A stretch of DNA of 63,465 nt, counting the filler, from Octopus bimaculoides (Eukaryota), in NCBI RefSeq assembly GCF_001194135.2. It is 5 parts of 3 records of this genome, joined end to end, with 100 filler letters (N's around TTAATTAATTAA, not from the genome) between each part and the next. Parts side by side here need not be neighbours in the genome. Positions count along the whole stretch, not along the records: positions 9,928 to 28,397 come from NC_068984.1; 4 more parts are not named here. One strand, 5' to 3'. The notes below the pieces were generated by a model, which was given only the letters and a program-made list of their open reading frames with translations, ran no database searches and was not told the origin of the DNA. Every line of letters begins with the position of its first letter. Positions within the stretch are counted from its first letter, which is position 1. The translations under genes were made by a program, and so were the position numbers. Shown here piece by piece: positions 10,384 through 21,704 of this stretch.

Positions 10384-10507
10384 TTCCAACAACAACTGCC
10401 TTGGCGGAGGTTCGCAGTCGTCAAAAGGAACGGGTAAAGCGGTTGGAGGTAGTGAAGCGGACCTGCAGTGTCAAGCAGCGTACGGACCCACATCAGTTGT
10501 CCTCAGG
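10384..10507 (+). CDS. ADAMTS-like protein exon (end of protease domain, start of disintegrin-like domain)
   Basis: ttttgttag|...|gtaaga, phase 2 to 0: SNNNCLGGGSQSSKGTGKAVGGSEADLQCQAAYGPTSVVLR, resembling the ADAMTS CL...AD.QC...G..S motif. Confidence 0.8.
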
Positions 10508-10793
10508 GTAAGAATTATTTCTAATTCTTTATTTTTTTATTTGTCCGCTTGTTTATTTGTTTATTTGTTTGTTTTACCAATACCGTATTCTCCATATAAG
10601 ATCTTTTGAGTTACTCAGTAGTAAGGACATTTTCTTGTGAATATTTTATGTTCACTGTTAAGCTATATATTGGACTGGACAGCATTAAGTCTTCTAGAAT
10701 AACATGAAGCACACACACACACGTATATATGTATGTATGTATATATGTATGTGTGTGACTATATATGTATGTATGTATGTATACATATATGTA

Positions 10794-10837
<44 letters not shown>

Positions 10838-11439
10838 AATTAAGATATAAACTCAAATTAGACAATCATTCTCATAAAGTTATATATTCGACTTAAAATG
10901 CGTATACATATATATATATTAATATATTAATATATTAATAATANNNNNNNNNNNNNNNNNNNNNNNNNNNNNNNNNNNNNNNNNNNNNNNNNNNNNNNNN
11001 NNNNNNNNNNNNNNNNNNNNNNNNNNNNNNNNNNNNNNNNNNNNNNNNNNNNNNNNNNNNNNNNNNNNNNNNNNNNNNNNNNNNNNNNNNNNNNNNNNNN
11101 NNNNNNNNNNNNNNNNNNNNNNNNNNNNNNNNNNNNNNNNNNNNNNNNNCGCAGACGTTCTCTTTCGACATCGTTCACACGCGCCTGACTGGGGCTCAGA
11201 AGTCACAGCCCGAGTTGTTATCTATAATCGTGAAAATTAAAAGCAATCCAAATTCAATGTTTTCTTGAAACAATAAATTTCTACAGAGATTATGATTTAA
11301 ATTTCAATCTATGAAAAGTTTCTGTTCTGCAATATTCTTGAAGAAACAAAAAGTTATTCAGCAACTCGGGCTAATACGAACGAGCCTGGTAGGTGTAAAA
11401 GACTAACTGGCGTTTTTTGTCAAGAGTACAGGCGACTGT

Positions 11440-11711
11440 CAGAGCGCTGATGTCTGTCGAGCGTTCCGCTGTCGCTATTCGATTGCTGTTATTCTGTGCG
11501 TCTGTGTGTAAAGATCAGTTGTGTTTTGGAGGATTGCTTTATTTTAAGCCTTAAATTAGAAACAGAGAAAGACATAATGCTAGATATAAGAAATAAGCCA
11601 TTTGGGGAAAGAAATAAAGCGGATAAACGTGAAATTCTTCGAGCAGGCATGTGTCTTATGCGAAAACTGCGAAGAGCCCGAGTGACGCTGATGACCTGGA
11701 GTCGCCTCTGA
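11440..11711 (+). mobile_element. Possible hAT transposon 5' remnant
   Basis: MLDIRNKPFGERNKADKREILRAG loosely resembles the N-terminus of ZMYM1-like hAT transposases; weak. Confidence 0.25.
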
Positions 11712-12071
11712 TATATGTGTGTGTGTGTTAGTGTGCCGCTAAGTGTTTTGCCCGGCGTGCTTTGCTTTAGACTGAAGCGTTAGGAGACGAGCGAAATATT
11801 AATTAACGAATGTCAAAAGGATAGGAGTTATGTAATTATCTTCATTAGCCTCCAGTTGTTTCTTCTATGAGAAGAAGTACGCTCAGAGCAGAGCGTTTGT
11901 CCAACATCCTTTAGCTTCCTTTGAATCTTCAAATGAAGTGTATAGTTATTTCGTAAAGAATTTAAATTAATGTTTGCGAGCATACGTGCGTGTGTGCGTG
12001 CGTGCATGTGTGTGTATTCATCAAATTGTTGGGTCACCTTAAAAGTGTCTCCATTCGAATTCTGTTTTTAG

Positions 12072-12176
12072 CAAGAGTACAAAGATGACTACACCGTAAT
12101 ATGTTCTGGAATGAAATGTACAGAGTCTGATACACCCATAATTCCAAACGATGGTATGTCATGTGGCAGAAAAAGG
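12072..12176 (+). CDS. ADAMTS-like exon, disintegrin-like domain
   Basis: tgtttttag|...|gtaagc, phase 0 to 0: QEYKDDYTVICSGMKCTESDTPIIPNDGMSCGRKR (P.DG..CG motif). Confidence 0.9.
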
Positions 12177-12292
12177 GTAAGCGCTTATTTAACTCTGTCA
12201 TTCGCCTATTCTCTCTCTGTCTCTGCCTGTCTCTTTTTCTCTGTCTTTCGGTCTATCTCTCTATGTATGTCTATTTAAACACAAATGCAGAC

Positions 12293-12337
<45 letters not shown>

Positions 12338-12769
12338 GACATATATGCATTCAAAAGACTAGACTTTTTTTGTCTCTCTCTTCTATGTTTTCTCTTTTCA
12401 AAAAAAATATATTTCTCACAGCGTTCACTATTTTCCTCTCGTTCTGGTCTAACGACTCTCCATGTTTGTTTTCGTCCGGTTTCCTTGTATGTCTCCAACT
12501 ATCCTGTTTTTGTTTCGAATTTTGACTCTCTATAAATCCTAAATATTATTTTAGAATTTATGAGAGCAGCTGTCTTTGAAGACTTACATTGTCGTTGAAT
12601 GCTCGAAATGAGGAGTAGATAGACAGCCGACAACTGATGAAGGGTAGTTTTTCTGTGTTTCCTTGTCCTGTTTTCCATTTTTCCTCTCGTTGTTTACGTA
12701 TTTAACTGGTTTATCTACATATATATATATACATATATATATGAATATATAGTAATCCCTCACCATATT

Positions 12770-12840
12770 GTAGTTCACCTCCCGCGGTTCGCCTCCCGCG
12801 GTTCACCTCCCGCAGTTCACTTATCGCGGTTTACTGTTTA
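12770..12840 (+). repeat. 14-bp tandem (gttcacctcccgcg), probably a pogo/Tigger-like terminus
   Basis: Three to four units visible; family assignment is inference. Confidence 0.45.
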
Positions 12841-13318
12841 AGCCTACGTCGATTTTTCCGTGGTGTTGTTTTGCATTTATAAAATAAATATATACAAATT
12901 ATAAAAATAATTCTACTTTATTTGCCATGGCCGCAACAGATGTTGCAATAATCGTAGATTAATCAGAGACTGATATCCAGAGATTATCCACAATAACAAA
13001 TCCAAATGCTGAACATCTACATGGTCGTTGTAAGTGAAACAATAGACTAATCTCTCTCAAAATCAATCTCCACCATCATGAAATGTGGAGACATGCCTAC
13101 CTAGGATAATGTATCACTGGATATATCTTAAACAAAGATGGGATGAATATCTTTGACCCCGGGGTTCTGGTCAGTCAGAACCTTGTGTTAAGCAACAACA
13201 ACATCAACAACAACAATAATAATGATTTCATTTATTTGCCACTAGGGTGAAGGATGAGGAGGACAATAGAAAGACAGACATAGAGTGTGGGGGGTTTTCA
13301 CATAAAGAAATGATAAGA

Positions 13319-13350
<32 letters not shown>

Positions 13351-13384
13351 AAAACATTTAACCCATATCTTTCCCTGTTTACAG

Positions 13385-13436
13385 TGGTGTGAAGCTGGTC
13401 AGTGTGTACGATCGGACAGTGCTCCAAATGTAATGG
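13385..13436 (+). CDS. ADAMTS-like exon, end of disintegrin-like domain
   Basis: ccctgtttacag|...|gtaagt, phase 0 to 1: WCEAGQCVRSDSAPNVM. Confidence 0.9.
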
Positions 13437-13772
13437 GTAAGTTATCTTGTACATCTAGTTTTCACATCAGTTTTTCCCAGCTTCATTCTCTGATGCCCCA
13501 CGACACACCATCAGTGATGTTTCCAGGCGCCATTACGTGTTTGAGGTTTGAACTTGAACTCTTTGACTGTCTAAAGCATTTTCATAAGTTTCTCCGAAAT
13601 GTCCATGCTTCTTTCAGATTCTTAATTAACCCCTGTTTCATACGTTCCGAGTAACATAAACCTTTCCTTTCAGAAGTTATTCTGGCGGCTAAAGAAAAGC
13701 ACTGGGAGCGTGTGTCATATATGGTGCATGGACGCCAGGGAAATATGTTCTGTTTAAAACATGCAATGCACA

Positions 13773-13986
13773 GAACAGGCATAGGGTTCACAATGACTAG
13801 TTATTTATCCAGTCTTCGTTATTCTCCCTTCTTTTATTTATCCGCTACAAGTCATAACGTTGACTCCAGTGAAATTAGAAATCAGAAAGTTTGTCCGACG
13901 CTTTGACGATTCTGTTAATTCACCGTCACAACAAGAATAACGAAGACTGGATAAATAAAGAGTCATTGTGAACCCTATGCCTGTTC
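13773..13986. mobile_element. MITE-like inverted repeat in an intron
   Basis: Arms of about 53 bp (13773-13825 and 13934-13986) are near-perfect reverse complements. Confidence 0.7.
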
Positions 13987-14962
13987 ATCCAAACTAGGCA
14001 TAGGGTCTGTTCATCCAAACTATACTCCGTGAAGAAATGGATACAGATTTCGATATTAAAAATCCTTGCATCTTTGATCTCTTTAAATATGCCAACCATA
14101 TACGGGGTAGGTACACATTGCAATTTGCAACAAAAATTTATATAATGTCAAGGTGATCACCAACCGACTGGGATACATCGAAACCCAAACAGCCGAGAGG
14201 GCAAAATCGACGGCAACAGGACTGCTTCGTATATAGGATAATAGCTACAAATAACTATAGATTTCTGGCTAAAGTGATGATGATCTACGTTGGCAGCAAT
14301 TAGTCTATAGAATATTTTATGGAAGAGTTCACTGAGCGTGAAGTGAAGAATCTGTAAAATAATTTCATATAGGGGTCATAGCATCAGATATGGATTCAAA
14401 CTCAATAGTTTGTCGCATTCTAAAAGAGGCAAGAAGTATTTATGTTTGTTGCTTCGAGAAGAAGATACATGTTGCCTCGTTTATCACTGATTCATTCTCT
14501 CACTGATCCGGGATAACACGGTACGCACGTCGTGAAACATGTTATGGTTATCACGAATTCATCTGTTATAACACGGGTCGGCGTGTTATAACACGGTAGA
14601 AGCTTTTCTACTGTGGGCCTCGAGTTTAGTGACAATGAATCTACCATTCATTCCACTTGCAAAGTGCGTGGAGATAACTCACTTATCACAGATCCCCATA
14701 TCACTGCTTTTTAAAAAAAAATTTACCAAACCCCGTGATAAACGGGGATAGATATATAAAAGTGTTTTGAAGAAATTACTTCAACTTTGGCTTTACTGAT
14801 GGGTCTTGTACCTTACAACAAGATCGATCCCTCTTTTAAATATTGCCATCAAATTGTTGAAAGTTCTAAAAGTTAAATAAATTTTCTTTAATTGCAATAT
14901 AAAATCAGAAATCTAAATAATTTTGAAAATGTTTTTCTCTTGTGATTTATGAAAACGCGCAG

Positions 14963-15100
14963 GTCATTGTCCATTTGGAGACCAGCCTGGAATTGTTGAC
15001 CAAGATCTTCCTTGTGCTGAACTCATTGCTGTCTCGCCAGGTGAATGCTACACGGGTCGCTGCTGTGAATCTTGTGCATCCAAGTATGTCGGACTTGAAA
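14963..15100 (+). CDS. ADAMTS-like exon, six-Cys PLAC-like module 1
   Basis: cgcag|...|gtaagg, phase 1 to 1: GHCPFGDQPGIVDQDLPCAELIAVSPGECYTGRCCESCASKYVGLE. Confidence 0.9.
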
Positions 15101-15379
15101 GTAAGGGTTCTCTGTCTTACTAGTTATATCAATTGTCGTTATAATTTGATCTGCTTCTATGACCGTTTGTATTCAAAGTGACCCCTCATTGGGGAAGTAC
15201 CCTCGTCAGCTTTTGAAGTGGAGACATAGAAGCTGCGATGTTTATGCTGTTCAAATGTTATTAGCGACTCAAGTGAGGTGAAATGATATAACTGCAACTC
15301 TGAATCGAAACCGGTTCTCGAAGTCGTCTGATTGGGAACATACAGAGCTCCTGCAACACTCTCTTGAAAATCGAACATA

Positions 15380-15418
<39 letters not shown>

Positions 15419-16156
15419 CTCTTATGTAATTTACCGCACATAATTATCTCTATGTAATTTGGTTCGAAGCAGAATTCTACTGAAACAGTTCTGACCAATA
15501 TGAAACCTATACTCATATCTTCATCTTCTTTGTTTTACATCTGAGTGCGCGCGCGCGCGTAGGTATGCATAGATGTATGTATATATGTATGCATATATAT
15601 ATTTGTTATTCACATTATTTACATTATTTACATTTGACGGCTATAGAACTGTATATATATATATATATACATATGTACGTATGTATGTACGTATATATAT
15701 GTATATATTTATGTGAGTATATGTATACATGTTTGTGCGCGTGTGTGTGTTTAAGTTTGTATTTGTCTTTCACCGTTTGACAACAGTCATTGGTTTGTTT
15801 ATAAACTCATAACATGACGGTTCGGCAATAAGAACCGATGGAATAAGCGCCAGTCTTAAAAGAAAGCTCGGGGTCGAGTTGATTGACTAAACCTTTGGAG
15901 ACGGCCCCTTTCTAAGGCTGCAACACAATGATGGAAGGGAATTTTAAAAACAGAATAAAATTGCAATAAACGTTTGATCCCAAATCAAAAACTAATATAT
16001 TCTGAAGCCCACAAAATACATTTTAAATAGATCGGTTATTGTGTTTAATAGATATATATATTTGTCGACTTAATATAATTAAGAGATGTGGGTAATAAAT
16101 ATTGTAGATGGTTTATATTTTGATATTTTAATTCAACTGTTTCGTCTACTCTCAAG

Positions 16157-16288
16157 ATTGTGAATATGGCGATCGTGTTACCGGTTGCCGGAAGTTTCTT
16201 TGCGCTTTCTACAACGCTAATGCAAGAAATAAACTCTGCTGTCACACTTGTTCCAATGGAAAACTTCGAAAGATTACTTCCACCCCAG
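16157..16288 (+). CDS. ADAMTS-like exon, six-Cys PLAC-like module 2
   Basis: ctactctcaag|...|gtatgt, phase 1 to 1: NCEYGDRVTGCRKFLCAFYNANARNKLCCHTCSNGKLRKITSTP. Confidence 0.9.
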
Positions 16289-16982
16289 GTATGTAGACAT
16301 AATCTTAGTCAACTATTTTATTCAATCTACCTCTAATTCTCCCTGTTCGCTTTTTTTTTTCTTAGCGTCCCTTTCAATTTTCTTCCCTATATCTATAATC
16401 AGCCTCGGTACTTTTAGTTTACTCATTTCTAATGGACTTCTTTGTTAAATAACTCTAACATTGCATAGAAATACTATTTACATAGTACAGGCAGACCTGA
16501 AGCAGACGTGGAGTAGAGAGGGCATGTCATTGACGTGGCTGCAAATGGCGACGAAAGGACTTGGACAAACTTAAGTGACTGACTCCGTTCATGTCTTATT
16601 GGAAAAAACAGGGATGTCACCAAGACTGGTAGAAGTATTTACTATCAGCTGATGTATCTCATTATTGCAAAACCATTAATAGGATACAAACCCTACAACT
16701 TTTTCATCAAGCTGACATACCATTGGTTCATTACAGAAATATCAAATCTTTGTTGAAGTATATTACACCTCGTAGCCTACAACTAAAATAATGATGGAAC
16801 ACTCAACCGAATTACCACACCTCACTGTAGACCGTCACTGGATTTCTTGGACTCAGCATTCCTTACCCTTTTCTACATCGAGCTTATCGCGTTTCTTCTT
16901 CTTCTCCTCTCATTCTTCCACCCAAACATGTTCTCTCTCTCCTCTCGCATTCTCACCAATTCTCGTCCTCTCTTTCTTCTAG

Positions 16983-17141
16983 AACCTACAACTACTACCA
17001 CAATGGAACCAACCACAGAGTTGCTGACCACTGAACAACTGACCGAATTAGTAACCTCTGACCTCGACTGGATGTCAACTTTCATGACCTTACCACCGCT
17101 CAACCTCACTAAATTACTATCCACCTTGAAATCAACAAAAG
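16983..17141 (+). CDS. ADAMTS-like exon, Thr-rich stalk
   Basis: Long polypyrimidine tract, ttcttctag|...|gtaact, phase 1 to 1: EPTTTTTMEPTTELLTTEQLTELVTSDLDWMSTFMTLPPLNLTKLLSTLKSTK. Confidence 0.75.
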
Positions 17142-17395
17142 GTAACTACATTCAGGTAGCGCTTCTACACGATACATACGCGTTGCAGTATGTATTACTA
17201 TGAAATACATGCGCATTACATTAGGTATCACTATGTAATATATAAGTATTACGTTAGTTACTAATATGTACTACTTACTATTACATTAGGTATTACTGAG
17301 TTATACATAACATAGCTGAGCGTTGCAATCCAATCGTCACCGCATACATACTTTATACAAGGATGGAAGTCAAACACAATATGACTATATATGTG

Positions 17396-18264
17396 TGTGT
17401 GTGTATAACAATAAGTATTCGGACTGTTGCCATAGTAACAAAGTTAAAGCACGCAGAGTAAAGTCGCTTAGCACAGATTGACTTTGAACTCTGCTGCGCA
17501 TGTGCACTAAATTTTAACGTTCTAGCTCACTTCCGCTGATTACAGCAGTACTTTTAAGTAATGTGTGAAACGTGTGATTGTTGCATTGTCATGACAAAGA
17601 AAATTGTCATGGCGATACCTGCTCAGAGGCCTACGCAAAGCTGCAGAAAGTGTATAGAGAGGAGTATATGAGCCTCACACAAGTGTATGAGTGGTTCAAA
17701 CGCTTCCAAGATGACCGAAAAAATGGCGATATTGACGAATATTCTGGGAGACCCGCAACCAGCAGAAATGAGAAAAACATCGCAGATGTGCGTGCAACTG
17801 AGAGGGGAAATCATCGAATCACCGTCTGTGCAGATTAGTTACGGTTCAGTTCAGTCCATTATCACTGAAATTTGGGTATGAGACGCGTGTCTACCAAGTT
17901 TGTGCCAAAACTGCTTTCACCTAACCAAAAAAACTCTTGGGTTTCCGTTGCACAAGATCTCCTTGATTGAATCGAGAACGATGAAAACTTTGCGTAGGCC
18001 TCTGTGCAGGTATCGCCAAGCTTTTGACAAAATTTGATGCAGATTCTCTACTCAACTCTCTGTGTCATGGTCAATGCGACAATTACAGGCTACACACCTT
18101 CCTTCCAAGCACTGCTGTAAACAGTAGAAGTGAGCTAGAACGTTAAAACTTAGTGCACATGCACAGCAGAGTTCAAGGTCAATATGTGCCAAGCAGCTTC
18201 ACTCTGCGTACTTTAGCTTCGTTACTATGGCAACAGTCCGGATACTTATTGATCAGACGACATA
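17396..18264 (+). mobile_element. Internally deleted mariner with about 140-bp TIRs
   Basis: TIRs at about 17396-17538 and 18122-18264; internal LQKVY...TQVYEWFKRFQD...SGRPATS and KFVPKLL transposase remnants; no catalytic domain. Confidence 0.88.
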
Positions 18265-18770
18265 TGTATACGGTTTTTCTTTGAGTTATATCTAAGTTCT
18301 TCTTAAGAATGTCATCTACAATAGCCTCGAGGCCATCAAAACCTTGTGAGCAGATTTGGTTGGCGGAAATCGAAATAATCCTGTGGTATAAAGATACACA
18401 GCTTACGACATCTTTTGATATATATACAACTTTACATAGACCTACACATGTTTCAACTGCACCGATTAGTAACTGTTGTAATTGCAACCCTACTATAACA
18501 CCGGTGCAGTCTCTTCAGGGTCTTTACTCGATATCCTTCGATTTAACCGTTTAAAGTTTCTTTTATCTACTGGATGATGTTGTGTTGTCCGTTAAGTTAG
18601 ACGCGAACAATCTCCATTTCAAGTTTTTATTGGATAATCATTTATAGTCCATTATTTCAAAACCTTCTATTGTTTAAATAATTATTCATTTATACTTGGC
18701 AAATATGAACTGCTTGATGCGCAAGCATCTCAATATATATGAATGTATGTATGTATGTTTATTTGTATAG

Positions 18771-18947
18771 CACCAACAGCAATGCCTACAACCAAAGTGT
18801 TGATTCCAACATTCAGAAGAAGCGACCTTATTCCGTGCTGGAACCCACATTTGAGGGGTTGGGTTTATCGCAAGAAATGTAACATGTTTGGTAAACGAAG
18901 GAAATACAGAAAGTCACCCCTGAGCCCAGTGTCCCGGAAGTACAGAG
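18771..18947 (+). CDS. ADAMTS-like exon, basic tail
   Basis: tttatttgtatag|...|gtaatc, phase 1 to 1: APTAMPTTKVLIPTFRRSDLIPCWNPHLRGWVYRKKCNMFGKRRKYRKSPLSPVSRKYR. Confidence 0.65.
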
Positions 18948-20192
18948 GTAATCTTTACGTTTATATTTGCACATCGTTCGTCCGGTTAATTATAGCTTTG
19001 TCATTCAATAATCTTTCGATGATAGGCAACAAAACGATCAGGTTTCCATGCTCCATAGAAAAGACTGATAATTCAGCCTTCCAGCCATCTTCCTATAAAT
19101 ACATCCATTTATGAGGTCATCTGTAAATTTGTTTATTTAGCTATAAGTAACACGAGTTGATAGGTTTTATGCCACCTCTGTGTGGAGCGAAGACATGTTC
19201 AATTATGAAAAGGTTTATATAAAAAGATGACTTACATGTTTTTTCTTAAGAGTTTCCGGCAGATTTGAACGTGAATATGTTAATCGCTGGTGTGTTTGTC
19301 ACAGGAAGTCATCTTCTCCTTTATGACAAATAAGTGTTCATAACATACTCGATTCATTATTGTAAGGGATTCTGTGACAGTCTGTGATTCAACATCGAGA
19401 GTGTTACGAACATGCATTCATCGTAAAGAAGTTGTTTTCCTGTAACGAAACACAGCAGCAATTAGCATATTCGTGCTCGAATCTGGAGGAACACATAAAA
19501 AATGTTCTTACAAATCATCGTTTTAATTCTCACTGTTCACCTTGCTTTATGGCGATTCATATAAACTGATAACAAAATATATCAATATAAAAAAAAGAAA
19601 AGGAAATATGCGCATGCGCTTTACACACGTATATGTATTATGTTTTTGTTTGTGCATTTTAAAGTCATACTGTAAAATAATATTGGGATTATAATGGGGT
19701 TAATATTTTCAGCAGGTGTATGTGAGCGGCATTACAGGCTTCAGGGCAATGCATTAAGTTCTTATAGAATTTATTTACTGATAGCATGCTACAAGATACA
19801 TAGATTAGAATTGGACCCCTAGACCCATGAGGCACCCAAGCGACTGCCCGGAGTGTTTATGGCTCAAGGTGACACTTGAGTATTATTCCATTGTAATAAT
19901 ACTAAATACGTTTCACGTATAGAGTAACCTCAAATATGTGATCTTCGTTGTACGAGGACACCGTCAGCTTGCTGTGCCGGGTTCATGATCAAAATCTCGC
20001 TAATCTTTTTAAACGTTCCTCCTTCCAAACAGGCGCAATTCTTTCCACCAAATAACGAAATGGAAAAAATCTTCAGCAACATTTCGATAGAGATTCGATC
20101 AAGCACTGGTGAACAAAAAAAATAAACAGGACAAAAAGCACAAAATAATTAAGTACAGTAGTTAGCATTAAGCAATTTGGGTTCACATACAA

Positions 20193-20625
20193 GGCGCAGG
20201 AGTGGCTGTGTGATAAGAAGCTTGCTTACCAACCACATGGTTCCGGGTTCAGTCCCACTGCGTGGCACCTTGGGCAAGTGTCTTCTACTATAGCCTCGGG
20301 CCGACCAAAGCCTTGTGAGTGGATTTGGTAGACGGAAACTGAAAGAAGCCCGTCGTATATATATNNNNNNNNNNNNNNNNNNNNNNNNNNNNNNNNNNNN
20401 NNNNNNNNNNNNNNNNNNNNNNNNNNNNNNNNNNNNNNNNNNNNNNNNNNNNNNNNNNNNNNNNNNNNNNNNNNNNNNNNNNNNNNNTAACTTAGCGGTT
20501 TGGCAAAATAGACCGATAGAATAAGTACTAGGCTTACAAAGAATAAGTCCTGGGGTCGATTTCTTCGACTAAAGGCGATGCTCCAGCATGGCCGCAGTCA
20601 AATGACTGAAACAAGTAAAAAAAAA
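20193..20625 (+). mobile_element. SINE family A, full length, with a gap in its internal microsatellite
   Basis: tRNA-like head (tggctgtgtgataag; ggttcagtccc), CORE-like gcaccttgggcaagtg, family tail. Confidence 0.85.
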
Positions 20626-20647
20626 TTATGTATCACGAATTCTCTTT

Positions 20648-20873
20648 GGAGGCGGCGAGCTGGCAGAATCATTAGCGCGTCGGACAAAATGGTTAGTAAC
20701 ATTTCTTTCGGCTCTTTACGTTCTGACTTCAAATTTCAACGAGGCCAACTCTGTCCCTCATCCTCTCGGTGTCAATAAAATAAAGTACCAGTCAAGTACT
20801 GAGGTCGAAGTAACCGACTTGTCCCCCACCCACACAAATTTGAGGCCTTGTGCCTCCAGTAGAAAGGATTATT
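20648..20873 (+). mobile_element. SINE family B
   Basis: ggcggcgagctggcagaatc head and catcc...gtcaataaaataaagtaccagt body; related copies at 23140-23280, 32075-32800, 39215-39900 and 52340-52520. Confidence 0.7.
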
Positions 20874-21704
20874 TCCTGCATAATATTTCTCTACTGATTT
20901 TCCATAGAAAGTTACGACGTTTCGTATACGAATACGTTTATATAAACAACGCGATGGAAGATTAAAAAAAAGTAGATAATGGGTGTATATACGTATTTCA
21001 GAAGTTGTTGCTCTTTTATCAGTATCACATCCAACCCATCCATGAACGCATGGCTTAAATACCCACAAAGTTTAGCGCTGTAATATATTCCTTCATAGTG
21101 TCCAGATGTAGAGTTTCAAGTTCTTTTTCTGTTGTCTTATGTCGGTGGAGATGTCACATACCCAATAAATTGCTGGATATGTGAGATGTTATCCCATTAT
21201 TATGTCTTCCAATGCCAGTAATACACGTGGCCTCTGTTCCTTACTGGAATACTGTGGCCGGTGGGAGTTTACTTCTTTATTCGCTCCTAAAATACAGAAA
21301 TTGGTAAGGAATTCAATGATTATGAAATCCTCTGGCATGTAGATTAGAAAAAGAGTTCATTTAAGCTGTCCACAATCCCAATATATAGTGTAAGTACAGA
21401 CTGACATCTGGTCAGTCTTATTCATATGACTTTAACTCGAGGTGATTATTGATCGCTGTCGGCCAACGTTGATCTTTGTTGATAATTAGTGATCTCTATT
21501 GATCGTTGTTAATCGCTGTTAGTTACTGTTGGTCTGTATTGATTAATGCTAATCACTGTATTGATCAATGCTAACCACTGTATTGATCAGTATCGATCTC
21601 TATTGACAGCTCTTGGTTTATGTTTTGTTTGATCTTAGTGTAAGGAACTTATATTGCGCTGCAACCAGATGGCGCAACAATACACTGGTGATGCAAAACG
21701 CGCC

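Noticed and set aside
10254-10511. Alternative frame VPTTTALAEVRSRQKERVKRLE for the first exon
   Set aside because: It ends in phase 2, which is incompatible with the next phase-0 exon; the other frame gives the AD.QC motif.
11207-11372. 11-bp inverted repeat agcccgagttg
   Set aside because: Short, with a 144-bp spacer and no TSD; could be chance or a transposon relic.
12634-12645. CTGATGA motifs at about 12635, 29139 and 49813, and in YADD codons
   Set aside because: No correctly placed GAAA or helices; several are coding sequence of RT or mariner. The 12.6-kb and 29.1-kb sites look like a separate dispersed repeat.
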